Program-made: the position numbers and the translations under genes
Assembly (NCBI RefSeq): GCF_018350175.1
Contig: NC_058383.1
Span: 12,278,001 to 12,342,000, forward strand
DNA length: 64,000 nucleotides
Origin: Felis catus
Lineage: Eukaryota
Direction of reading: 5' to 3'
Part shown: one piece after another, positions 50,039-60,847 of the stretch
Layout of the letters: each line of letters opens with the position of its first letter
How positions within the stretch are numbered: the stretch's first letter is position 1
Notes under the pieces: model-generated
What the model saw: only the letters and a program-made list of their open reading frames with translations
Databases searched by the model: none
What the model was told of the DNA's origin: nothing

Positions 50039-50389
50039 TAAACGTTTTTTCCACCCAATGAGGTGGAATTTGAGCATCTGCTCTGCGTAGGACAGAACGC
50101 GATGTATTAATTAATGGTGTTGGGGGGGCGGGGTACCCTGCACAGCCCATCATCTGCCAGCTCTAGGGATCTAGTTTGAACCCGGGTGTGGTCCTTTACA
50201 AAGAAACTTGAGTCTCTTTATCTTGGGGTCCCCAGTCGCCTAGCAGAGGATCTCGACTTACCTGACACGCACACTCCTTAGAGCCGAACTTCAGTTAAAT
50301 AAATAGATGGCTTACTTACACCTTGACATTTTGGAGATGTCAAAAACGAGAAGAAGTAGGGAGTTCTCGGTATTGCCCGTGGCAGCATT

Positions 50390-50810
50390 CAGTGCTTGCC
50401 TTTGAAAGCGAGACGCGGAGCTCGCAGAGAGAATGAATCTGCCCGGCCGGAGAGATATGTGGGTCTACGTTTGACAAATCGATTCCCTTTCTCGAAGGAG
50501 GAGGAGGAGGGAGCCTCCCGGGGAGGGCAGGCAGCTCGTTCAACCACCGGCAAAGCGGGGCGCCAGAGGTCTTGCAGAATCAAGGGGCCCCCCTCGCGCG
50601 GACGTTTAATGACATCCTCCCCTCCGCCCGCGGGACCGGCCTCCGCCCTCGGTCTTGCAGCCTCGGAAACATCTCGAGGCCAAAAGGCGCCGAGCGCTCT
50701 GCTAAACAGGAGAAATGCCCTCCGCCCTGGGATCCCAGGAGCCCCGACAGTAGTCGCCTTCCTCCTGTTCCTTCAGCCAACTGCCTGCCCCCCCGGGGGC
50801 CTCTCCCTCT
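50390..50810. promoter_or_regulatory. CpG-rich non-repeat segment (candidate orphan CpG island)
   Basis: Dense CpG (ctcgcgcggacg, ccgcccgcgggaccggc); not quantified. Confidence 0.45.
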
Positions 50811-50939
50811 AGTGCCCCTGATGGGAGTCACTTACCTCTTCCTTGCAGGCAGAAGGAGCTAGCTTTTTGGTACCCAGGCCCGCGACAGGCAATATGGTTT
50901 CAAATCAACAGGAGCACCTAAAGAGGCAGTGTGGCTTCA

Positions 50940-51150
50940 GGGGCGCCCGGGGGCTCCGTCGGTTAAGAGTCCGGCTCTTGGTTTCAGCCCAGGTCGCGAC
51001 CTCGAGGTTCGGGAGTTCGAGCCCCGCGTCGGGCTCTTTGCTGACTGCTTGGGATTTTCTTTCTCCCTCTCTCTCGGCCCCTCCACGGCTCCCACGCGCT
51101 CTCTCTCTCTCTCTCTCTTAAAATAAATACACTTACAAAAAAAAAAAAAT
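50940..51150 (+). mobile_element. CAN-SINE
   Basis: ggggcgcccgggggctccgtcggttaag head; A tail. Confidence 0.92.
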
Positions 51151-51159
51151 AATAGTGAT

Positions 51160-51330
51160 AAGAGCGTGGGTTCCAAGCGTGATTCTGCCACTCCGTAGCA
51201 GCGTGATCTCAGGCAGGTTTCTCAACCTCTCCGTGCCTCCGTTTCCTCATGTATTAGGAAAGGCGATTCGTTACAGTACTCACTTCAGAGGGTTATCGGG
51301 ATTAAATTAGGTCATACGTACGGAGCCCTG
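51160..51330 (+). mobile_element. MIR fragment
   Basis: gtgatctcaggcaggtttctcaacctctccgtgcctccgtttcctcat. Confidence 0.8.
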
Positions 51331-54300
51331 CAGAGAGTGCAGTTGGTAGACATGTGCTGTTCGTATGGCGAGAAAAGCAGGATGCGGCTCCCACACGCAC
51401 CTCCAAGATGCGGCATGAACTTGGGATTCCAGGGGGCCGGCAGGGAAGGAGCGTTCGTCAGGCCGAACGGATGGATGGACGCCCCCGTTACTGCAGGGCT
51501 GGTGTCGCAAACATGCGGTGAGACTCTCGCCTGCTCTGACCTATAATCCGGGTCGTGCCTTGCAGCTCTAGAGAAGTAAGTTGCCAGACGAAACGAGTGT
51601 GGTGGGTCGCCACTGGCTTCCTTTGGGGGGTAATAAAGGGTTAGGGTTAGGGTTACCACATTACCTTGAAAACCGGTGATCACCGTTTCTCTCCGACTTG
51701 TGACCGTCGAGCAAATATAATGAAGAGACAAAACTTGGCTGCTTTCCTCCGCGCAAACGGCCCACTCTCCGCCCGGGGTCTGGGAGCAGAGTGCCGAAAC
51801 CACAGAAATTACAGGTTCAGAATGTGGCTGTTACAAGGTGACAGCGTCCCAGGCGCAGGAGTCACGGGGGTTGTGGCTGGCAGGTAGGCTCCTTGGAAGG
51901 CACAAACCAGTGAATTTTCAGGTTGTGTGAGTAGCAGGTGAACGTCAGGGCAGGGAGATGATGGGCCCTTTGCATTTGCCCTTGTGAGATACCGTCTGGC
52001 CTACGGTGCTCAGCTGTGGGCACCAAGTTTGGACAAAGATAAGGCCAGAAGGGGAGCTTCTGGGCTGGCGCGAGCCACATCCGTGTGACTGAGACACATG
52101 CTAGGTTGTGCTTTGCCAACTGGCCAGTCCTTGGCAGAAGACAACTCGGGACGTCGCAGAAAGACAGCAGAGTTGGGCGTGTTGGTGAGTCACAGGCAGA
52201 CGTCACGGGTTCAGGATTGTTTGGCCGTAGCCATACTTAGAGGCTCAGGTCTGCAGGGTCCCAAGGGTGTGATAGGAGCTGGTGGAGGTAAACTCACAGG
52301 GACCAGGGCTCGGGAGAAGGACTCTGGTCCCTAGGACGGAGGGTAGGGTATAAGGCCGGGAGCTAAAACCAGCTGGAAGTTTTGGACAGAAGACTGGAGG
52401 TTGTAAGGCAGGAGGTGAGCTAAGACGGGGAACCGGGCCATGAGTATAGAGAGTACAGAGTAGTTCTCTTCCGATTTCAATAATATTTATTTGTATACCG
52501 ATTCATTTATTGGCAAAAGTATAGCGAAGCTTCGTGAGCCCAAGACCGAACCCCAAATGAGGCCAACTAACCCACATCTACTCGTCTCTTCTTTCCTTCT
52601 CTCATTGGTCTACAGCTGGCGCCATTAAGGGAAATGGCCGAACATCTTCTTGGCTAAGCCACGCTAACTTCACCTGAGCATTTCTCTCCTACCTGGCTGC
52701 AGATGGTCTGCCCTGGGGCAACTTTGAACTTCTGCCCTCTCCTGACCCCGGTGTCAGTCCGGGAATGCTTGTTATTTGGCCACTCGGTGCCCTGGTCCTG
52801 GGGCGGCATCTCCTTGCCGGTCTACTCGGCACGCTTTTAGGACTGACATCGATTCTGTTCCTCCGTGGCTTCCCCCCTGATTTTTTTTTTCCTCCCTATT
52901 TCCACAAAACATTAGTTTGCAAATGTCCCATTTTAGAAGGCTTTCAGTCTTTAGAAAAACCCACAGTTCCGTTCTTTTGAATCCGAGAGTGAAAACACAC
53001 ACCTCCGTGTTCCTATCTCCACGAGAAATTACATCCTGATGTGTCACCCCCGACATTAAGTTTGCCTGGCTCATACACCTGCACCCTGTCAGCTGTCTAA
53101 TTTCTCTTCGCAATTAGTACAACCTGAAGGAAAGATACCTTAACATCTGCTGGGTTTTCAGGCAGCTTATTATAGGAATCCAGCACCTGGATCGCCTGTA
53201 GAGTATCTGCCGAGTGTTCCCCGGGAAGAGGGCTCCTGGGGGCTCCATGCGCATCTACTCATCAGGGAATTGACAGAGGCGAGTCTCGTAAATGTCAAAG
53301 GAAAGTGCATTCGACGAGATGCTTCCTTTGGTAAGTTTTAAGGGCAACCACGCTCATTCTTAGAAGGCAGTAAAGCCATGCATGAGGGGTAATTCCACAG
53401 CAAGCATTAATACATCAAGAAAGGTAGAGAGAGAGGGACGCAGAGAGAGAGACTAGGGAGGGAGAGAAGGGAAGAGAGAGAGAGAGAATGAGCCCAAATC
53501 GGGGCCGAGCTAGCCGTCCTTTGGCATCGACGCCCGAAGATTCGAGACTTTGCATCGCCGAGGCAGGCGGTAGGCTCTGTGAGGACCACCGGTAGAGTAG
53601 GAGAAAAAGGGCCAGTTGCTGGTTCATGTGGGCAATCGTGTGGCACACAGGCTCTGGGAAAGAAAGGCTTCTGAATTAATCCAAAGGCCGTCAAAAGAGG
53701 GCTGACCCTTCGGATTGGTGAGCCCACTCATTAGCTCGGCCCCATAAATATGAGCAATTACATAGATAACAGAGAAATATGGGTCATAGATCACATGACA
53801 CCGTTGGAATGTAACACCCATAAAATCTTAACAACTGTTAATAAATTTTCGTCATGGACAAGTGTTCTAGACAACAAAGTTATTGTCATATCATGCAGTT
53901 GGACCAGAGTAAGCCAACGCGGTGATCTGAAAGAAGGCAGTGTAAAATCTCTTCCAACCCATTACCTTGAAAAACAGGGATCGACATTTTTCTCTGATTT
54001 GTGACCACTGGACAAACACAAGATTAAACTTTGCTGCCTTCCTTGGCACAAGCCGCCAACGCGCCCGACCAAACACGGAACGAAACCAAACAAAACCACA
54101 ACTAAATGATCGAGTGAATTATGCCTCCCATCCTACCATTAAGTGGCTATTAATCTGCGAATGTCCTCACCTCTCTCAATTAGCCACCGTGCGCTCACAG
54201 CCAGATTCAGAAGCCCGCACCCACAGACGTCAACGCACGCGGAGTTTTTAAGAGGACGCCGAACAACGCAGGGGCCCCTAAATGGTCTTGAGAATTGAAT

Positions 54301-55376
54301 GGACAAACCGACAAATCGGCCAAGGAATGAAGAACGGAGTGGATGCAAGAACTTGGAATCCGGTAAGAGAGAAATGAGGGAGTTTGAAGCCCTGTCTATG
54401 AATCCCGCTATGAATGCCCGTCTTGAACCAGTAGGCTTTAGAACATTCCTTCTCACTGTGCGATTTACCAGAACAGCCAGACTTCAGTCCCGGGCCATTC
54501 CTGCTTCTGCAGGCAGAGAATATGCCTTGCAGTCACACACTCAGGAGGACAGGGGAGCTGTCCCACGGAGTATAGAATAAACAGATTGCACGGGGGCTAC
54601 CGAGAAGCTGGTTTCTTGTCATTTAGCATGAACGCAGGACAGTGCTCCGACAGCCATGGGGTCAGAAATTATGGATTCAATATGGTTTCTAGTTCCTGGA
54701 TGTGACATACTCATTACCGTGTATTTGAGGACTCATTGACACGTGAGTCCTAGCATCTAGAAAGATAGGAGGACAAACGACCAAGGCAAAAATCTAACAG
54801 GGTGTTTTGAGTTTTGAGGCACAATCTAATTATTCTGCTTGCCACGTCTCTTTCAAAGGCATGATAAGTGGGGGGTTTTCCCCTATCCAAGTCTTCTTAT
54901 ACTCTTTGTTTTCAACAGAACAATTCCGATGATTATGAATGAGAATACATAGTCCCTGGTGGGATCAAGGCTTCTAATTCTCTGTTATCCCATTCATAAA
55001 CCTTTCCTAGGTAAGCTATGGGTTGAATTCTAGCCTTGAATTATTCCGTGGAAACTGCATTAAAATATCGTGAGGCGTAAGGGAGAGCCCGTAATGCACA
55101 TTTAGTATTCTTTCAACCTGCTGTTATATCTCACACCTTCTAATCCTTCTCTCTGGCCTCAGCTCAGCTCAGTAATCCCTTCAGTGGCACCTACACATGC
55201 CTACATACCCATTCTAAATAATCCCTGCCTTTGGTGAACAACACAAGAAAGTCTTCTTCACATGCCTTCTTCCACAACAAAATTCTGTTTTTAGAGCCGT
55301 TTGTTTGTTAACTGGATTTATCGTGAGGGTCGTTTTGCCACACATGCAAATATGGAATTGTTGTATCTTTTCAAAC

Positions 55377-55604
55377 CATGAAACAGACTCTTAACCATAG
55401 AGAACAAACTGATGGTGGCCAGAGGGGCTGGCGTGGAGGGGGGCAGGCTGGCAGGTGATATAGGGGATGGGGATTAAGGCACTCACTTGTCACGATGAGC
55501 GCCGGGTGATGTAGGGAAGTGTCGAATCACTCTATTGTACACCTGAAACTAATATTACCCTGCGTGTTAACGGACTGGAATTTAAATAAAACCTTAAAAA
55601 AAAA
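55377..55604 (+). mobile_element. 5'-truncated carnivore L1 3' end
   Basis: aaacagactcttaaccatagagaacaaactgatgg...gaatcactctattgtacacctgaaactaatatta...aataaaa + A tail. Confidence 0.92.
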
Positions 55605-55750
55605 ACCGTATTCTAATAATGCCGAATGATGACAGATGGTACCTGTGTTTTTATAGCTTAATGTACGGAATTGTCGAATCACTATATCGTACACCTGAAA
55701 CTCATATTACGCTCTATGTTAACGCACTGGAATTGACATAAAAAATTTTA
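55605..55750 (+). mobile_element. Second carnivore L1 3'-end fragment in tandem
   Basis: tgacagatggt...gtcgaatcactatatcgtacacctgaaact. Confidence 0.8.
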
Positions 55751-56147
55751 GAGCCCCTTTTTTTTAAATGAATGGCTGCTTTCAAGGAAAAGTATAAATA
55801 GTATCTCATTAATGGGGACCCAGCCTCAATAATCTTGTACGTGTAACCGGAGTGTAAAAATGGTGCAGCTGATCCCTTACGAGCATAGATAATTTCCATG
55901 GTTAACATAGTCATTCTTCTGCCCTGAGGGTATGGGTGGCCCACTTCCGAAGCAGGTGTATTTAAAAGCGTTTGGTTTAAATGGGACCAACTTCGCATGA
56001 ATTAGCGAATGGAATCCCAGGACGCGTTTGAGTAGCGTTTGAGTAGGAAAGGCAACTACAAATACAAATAAAAGTGAGAGTTGAGGGAGAACATAAGGTA
56101 TGTTTGGATGCAACAGAGATGGGAAAATTATTGTGCTCTACTCCTTT

Positions 56148-56246
56148 CCTGCTGGGAATTATCTGTCTCCCTCTCTTTCTGCCCCTCCCCTACTCGTGTT
56201 GTCTCTGTCTCTGTCAAAATAAGTAAATAAACTTAAAAAAAAAAAG
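56148..56246 (+). mobile_element. 5'-truncated CAN-SINE (CT region and tail)
   Basis: tctccctctctttctgcccctcccc...aaataaacttaaaa. Confidence 0.85.
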
Positions 56247-56474
56247 TCAGAGTCTAGGAATGGAGAAGTGAAAAGATGGAAAGGAGGAGGAGAAAGACAG
56301 AGGTGGAAGAGAAAAGAGACAGAAGGGAGAAGAACAAGATCGCCATCTTGAATGTTTTACGACATAATATATGAAAACAAAGCCAAAATCATCTGAGGCC
56401 CCGGAGAGTAGAATTAGGAGTGAGAGGAACAGTTTCAAGGAGATTTTTCAGCTTTATACAAGAGAGTATTTTCG

Positions 56475-56690
56475 GGGGCACCCGGGTGGCCCAGTTGGTT
56501 GGGTGTCCAACTCTTGATTTCAGCTCAGGTCGTGATGGGTCGTGAGATCGAGCCCCACGTCAGGCTCTGTGCTGACAGTGCGGAGCCTGCTTGGGATTCT
56601 CTGTCTCTCTCTCTCTCTCTCTCTCTGTCCCTCCCCCACTTGTGCTTGTGCTCTCTCTCTCTCTCAAAATAAATAAACAGTTTAAAAAAG
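56475..56690 (+). mobile_element. CAN-SINE
   Basis: TSD agagagtattttc. Confidence 0.95.
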
Positions 56691-56892
56691 AGAGAGTATT
56701 TTCTAGTCATCAGCGCTAAAATGAGACATATTATATAATAACGAGCACCCTCTCAGAAGAATTACGCAAGCAGAGGCTGGGTTACCAACCGCCCTGGCTC
56801 TTCTTGAAGACACTGCCCCTGAAACTCAGAGATTCATGTGACCACACGAATAGACCACGCCCACGGAAAGATCCATAACACAAAAAAACATA

Positions 56893-57531
56893 CGGCCCTT
56901 TCTACTATGCTCTAAAGTCTCTGTGAACATTGAATTAGTGAATACTGAATTAGTGAATATTGAACCATTGTTCCTAGGGGAAAACCGGGTTCAGTTCCTC
57001 TGGTCACGTTTTCAATCAAATAGTCAATACATAACCTTGTTTTATGTGTGTTTCTATGTAAAGACAACACATTTAATATGTACTGTTGATTCATTCACAT
57101 GTTGAACTCATGTCCAATGGCCCTATAACTTATGACTAAATAAGCCTTATCTAACACACATATTTTCTCCTCAAGGGACATCACCGCCTTCTTGCACTTA
57201 GGAACACTAGACAGTTCTTTAGAACTCTGCTTGGAGGTCAGGGAAACCACCAACAAAAAAGTACAAAAATGAAAAAAAAAAGAAAAAGGCACCAGATAGA
57301 CGGTGAAAAGGACACTTGCCTTCGGCACGAGACCTAAAACACGAAGGCAGAGGGTTGCTTTATTAGACCCTAGCTGGGAACGTGCTTATTAGGCGGCTCA
57401 AGTTTTTCACCACTTTGCATGTGTCCCTGACTGTCAGAGGTCCATACGTAATTTACTTGGGGGTCACAAATATAGATTAGCGAGTAGGGGAATTTGCCAA
57501 TATGGAATCTACAAATAATTAGGATCGACTG
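56893..57531 (-). mobile_element. MER82-like Tigger DNA transposon relic
   Basis: Right end ttagcgagtagg...aatatggaatc...aggatcgactg; internal cttcttgcacttaggaacactagacag; ~640 bp. Confidence 0.8.
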
Positions 57532-57807
57532 AACTTGTGGGGAGAGGGGAACAATAATGGGCAAAGCAGACTGAACATCCTACTTCCATTCCCACAGCCT
57601 CATGGTATAGAGCCGGGGTCCTTTTTGCCTGAACCACAGCTGTCAACCCCTTTGGGCACAGGCAAGGCAGGTCGCTGGCTGGGTTGTCCGAGCCACAAGG
57701 ATCAAGTGGCTTTGCTGTTTGGTAACAACGGAAAGGTCTCCGACGGACCTCGTTGGGTGGCCTCATGCCGCCATTTTGCTCCTGCCTTGCCCCCCGTCTC
57801 TTCAGAA

Positions 57808-57821
57808 ACGCCAGGGGGCGC
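57808..57821 (+). promoter_or_regulatory. CTCF-like motif
   Basis: acgccagggggcgc(tg), a close match to CCASYAGRKGGCRS, outside repeats. Confidence 0.5.
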
Positions 57822-58436
57822 TGTTGCGCAGAATGTAGACAGAGTAAGGCTCACAACTGGCCCAGATAAAGAAACTGAGCCTTCGGGGGGTGTGAGGCGA
57901 TTTGTCTCAGATCCAATCAATGGCACATCTTTCCACTTTCTGGCATGGCTTCCAGTCACCGTCAGCATTCGGCCTTCTCGGAATTAAGAGGATTATTTAT
58001 GCTCTCCGTAACACCAACTTTTGTCCCATGGAAACTGGCCCACCTGTAGAGCCTCCGCGTCCCTGCTCACCACCTCACATTCACACACGTCTCCAAGATA
58101 AGAAAATGCTCGTCACCTTGGGAGTCTCACTCCTTCAAAGACAAAAACATAGATTTCGCATTTCTGAAAACAGAAACATACAGACGTGAACAGGAAAAGC
58201 ATTTTGATTTTTTTCCCCCAAGTTCAAACCGCTGAGTGGAATTGGAGATCTTTCTAGAAGAGCGGTGGACCTATCGCGTCTTCGCCCAGCATCCTGCAAG
58301 GGAGTGTGATCGCTTTGTTAGACATGAAAGCCATAGTTGCCTTCTTGCGGATTTGAACGTAATGGCGTGTGCGCACTCGTTACTACCTCCTAGCCTTGCA
58401 GAAATTGAGGCCTTGGGAGTTGAAAGGATGTGCTAC

Positions 58437-58802
58437 GGTGACATGGCGTCAGTGAACTTTCCAGGGTTGGTCGAGCACTGGCCGGGGTGATGGACGAGAC
58501 TAGCCGGGAGTGGCCGCTGGGCCCAGGGTGACATGGCGTCAGTGAACTTTCCGGGGTTGGCCGAGCACTGGCCGGGGTGATGGACGAGACTAGCCGGGAG
58601 TGGCCGCTGGGCCCAGGGTGACATGGCGTCAGTGAACTTTCCGGGGTTGGCCGAGCACTGGCCGGGGTGATGGACGAGACTAGCCGGGAGTGGCCGCTGG
58701 GCCCAGGGTGACATGGCGTCAGTGAACTTTCCGGGGTTGGCCGAGCACTGGCCGGGGTGATGGACGAGACTAGCCGGGAGTGGCCACTGGGCCCAGGGTG
58801 AC
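58437..58802. repeat. Minisatellite/VNTR: 4 x 90-bp near-identical CpG-rich units
   Basis: acatggcgtc at 58441, 58531, 58621 and 58711; only 3 variant positions seen. Confidence 0.98.
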
Positions 58803-59091
58803 GGCCCATCGGTTTTTCTCCAGCCACCACCACATCAGGAGCCACCTCTCAGCGCTGAGTCTCCAGTGGGGTCAAGGCCGCTGTGTACGGAAGGCTGGGC
58901 TGGGGGCACCATTCACACCCCGGCCTGGCCCAAACCAGAATGTCCTCTGCTCGTGGGAGTGGCCCTCACACGGAACATAGGGGAACATTTCCTCTTGGAG
59001 CCCTGCAACCCATGGCCTGACTTGAAGAAGGGACTCCTGACTTCTGTATCGTTCCTTACACTTTCACAAAGAGAAATTACCTCTTTGGGTT

Positions 59092-59517
59092 ATTTTACTT
59101 TTTTCTTATTTTAAACAGAGAGAGAGAGAGGGGCGCCTGGGTGGCGCAGTCGGTTAAGCGTCCGACTTCAGCCAGGTCACGATCTCGCGGTCCGTGAGTT
59201 CGAGCCCCGCGTTGGGCTCTGGGCTGATGGCTCGGAGCCTGGAGCCTGTTTCTGATTCTGTGTCTCCCTCTCTCTCTGCCCCTCCCCCGTTCATGCTCTG
59301 TCTCTCTCTGTCCCAAAAATAAATAAACGTTGAAAAAAAAATTTTAAACAGAGAGAGAGAGAGAGAGAGCATGCACACAAGCAGGGGGGCAGAGGAGAGA
59401 GAGAATCTTAAGCTCAGTGCAGAGCCGGACCCGGGGCTCGATCCTATGACCCTGGGATCAAACCCTGAGCCAACATCAAGAGTTAGATGCTCAACCAACT
59501 GAGCCACCAGGCGCCCC
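59092..59517 (-). mobile_element. Older CAN-SINE split by a younger opposite-strand SINE
   Basis: Tail and GA part at ~59092-59129, body at 59347-59517. Confidence 0.88.
59130..59346 (+). mobile_element. CAN-SINE, young felid subfamily
   Basis: TSD aaacagagagagagagag. Confidence 0.96.
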
Positions 59518-59769
59518 AAGAAACTATGTCTTTGTTACAAAGATACACAGTCTTCTTCTTGACCTGGGTCCTGTTTATCTCTCCAGGCTCATCCCTCAAT
59601 GAAATTTTTTTCATTAAAAAAAAAATATTTTTTTCTGTTTCTTCAGTGAGTCGGGTTCCTTTCGAAAGCCACAGAGCCTTCACCTGTGTCCTCCTTCAAG
59701 CAGGATGGACTTCTCCTTGCTCGCCCCCTCAGTTTCCCCTATTTCTTCAGAAATCAACCATGGGATCAC

Positions 59770-60480
59770 CAGGTAGGGCTCTGTTAGCTGAAATCACAGG
59801 AAACTTAACTCAACTGGCTTAAAATAGAACAAAGATATGTTATCGCACAAAACAGGAAGTCTCAAGATAAGGGAGTTCTCGGTTTGGTGAATTCAGCTCC
59901 TCGACAAGGATATCAAAGACCCTGTTTTTGGGTTTTTTTTTTTTTTCATCTTTCTGTTTTATTATCTTTTGCCTGTCTTACCAGCTTCTTAATGGGCCAC
60001 TTGCTGCTAGAGGTCAAGGCAAAAAAGACAAGGTCACAACAACACCCAAGAGGAAGAAAAAGGTGTGCTCTGTGTGTGTGTGTGTGTGTGTGTCCCCCTT
60101 GAAGAGTGAGAAAGCAGGGGCACCTGGGTGGCTCAGTCGGTTAACTGTCCAACTTCAGCTCAGGTCATGAGCCCACTGTTTGTGGGTTCAAGCCCCACAT
60201 CGGGCTCCGTGCTGACCGTTCGGAGTCTGGACCCTGCTTCGGATTCTGTGTTTCCTTCTCTCTCTCTGCCCCTTCCTCCCACTCACACTCTCAAAAATGA
60301 ATAAACACTAAAAACATTTTTTAAAAAGAGTGAGAAAGCATTTCTCAGAATCCTCTATCAGGATTTCTCAATTCTCAGTGACTGGCCTGGTGTAATAAAC
60401 CCGTGCCTAAATCGATCACCAGCAAGAAAGGGATTACCAGGATTGGATTAGTGAAGCACAGATTACAGGAACCGAATCAG
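59770..60480 (-). mobile_element. Old MaLR (MLT1-like) LTR relic interrupted by (TG)n and a SINE
   Basis: aactcaactggcttaaa...acaggaagtc...ggtgaattcagc...atcaaagaccc...gattaccaggattgg. Confidence 0.65.
60117..60325 (+). mobile_element. CAN-SINE
   Basis: TSD aagagtgagaaagca. Confidence 0.95.
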
Positions 60481-60624
60481 GTCCGCTAGAAAAGAGGATG
60501 GTGTTGGGCTGGCAACCAATACTCTTTTCTTCAAGTACCCTCATCCCGCCAATTCTGTATTGCTTTAGGTGACCACATGTTGCCTGTGCCCCCCATCGTT
60601 GCCTTTCAGAAATCTGAACCCTTT

Positions 60625-60847
60625 TGGGGCACCCGCGTGGCTCAGTCGGTGAAGCGTCCGACTTTGCCTCAGGTCATGATCTCGTCGTGGTTTGTGAGTT
60701 CGAGCCCTGCATCGGGCTCTGTGCTGATGGCTCGGAGCCTGGAGTCTGCTTCGGATTCTGTGTCTCCCTCTCTCTCTGCCTCTCCCCCACTCATGCTCTG
60801 TCTCTCTCTGTCAATAATATATAAAGGTCAAAAACATAAAAAAAAAG
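60625..60847 (+). mobile_element. CAN-SINE
   Basis: TSD agaaatctgaaccctt. Confidence 0.95.

Noticed and set aside
51975..52065. Possible CR1/L3 relic (gtctggcctacggtgctcagctgtgggcacc)
   Set aside because: Short and too diverged to support as a feature
58390..58845. ORFs with 30-aa tandem repeats
   Set aside because: The 90-bp unit keeps frame by arithmetic; no splice context or recognisable protein
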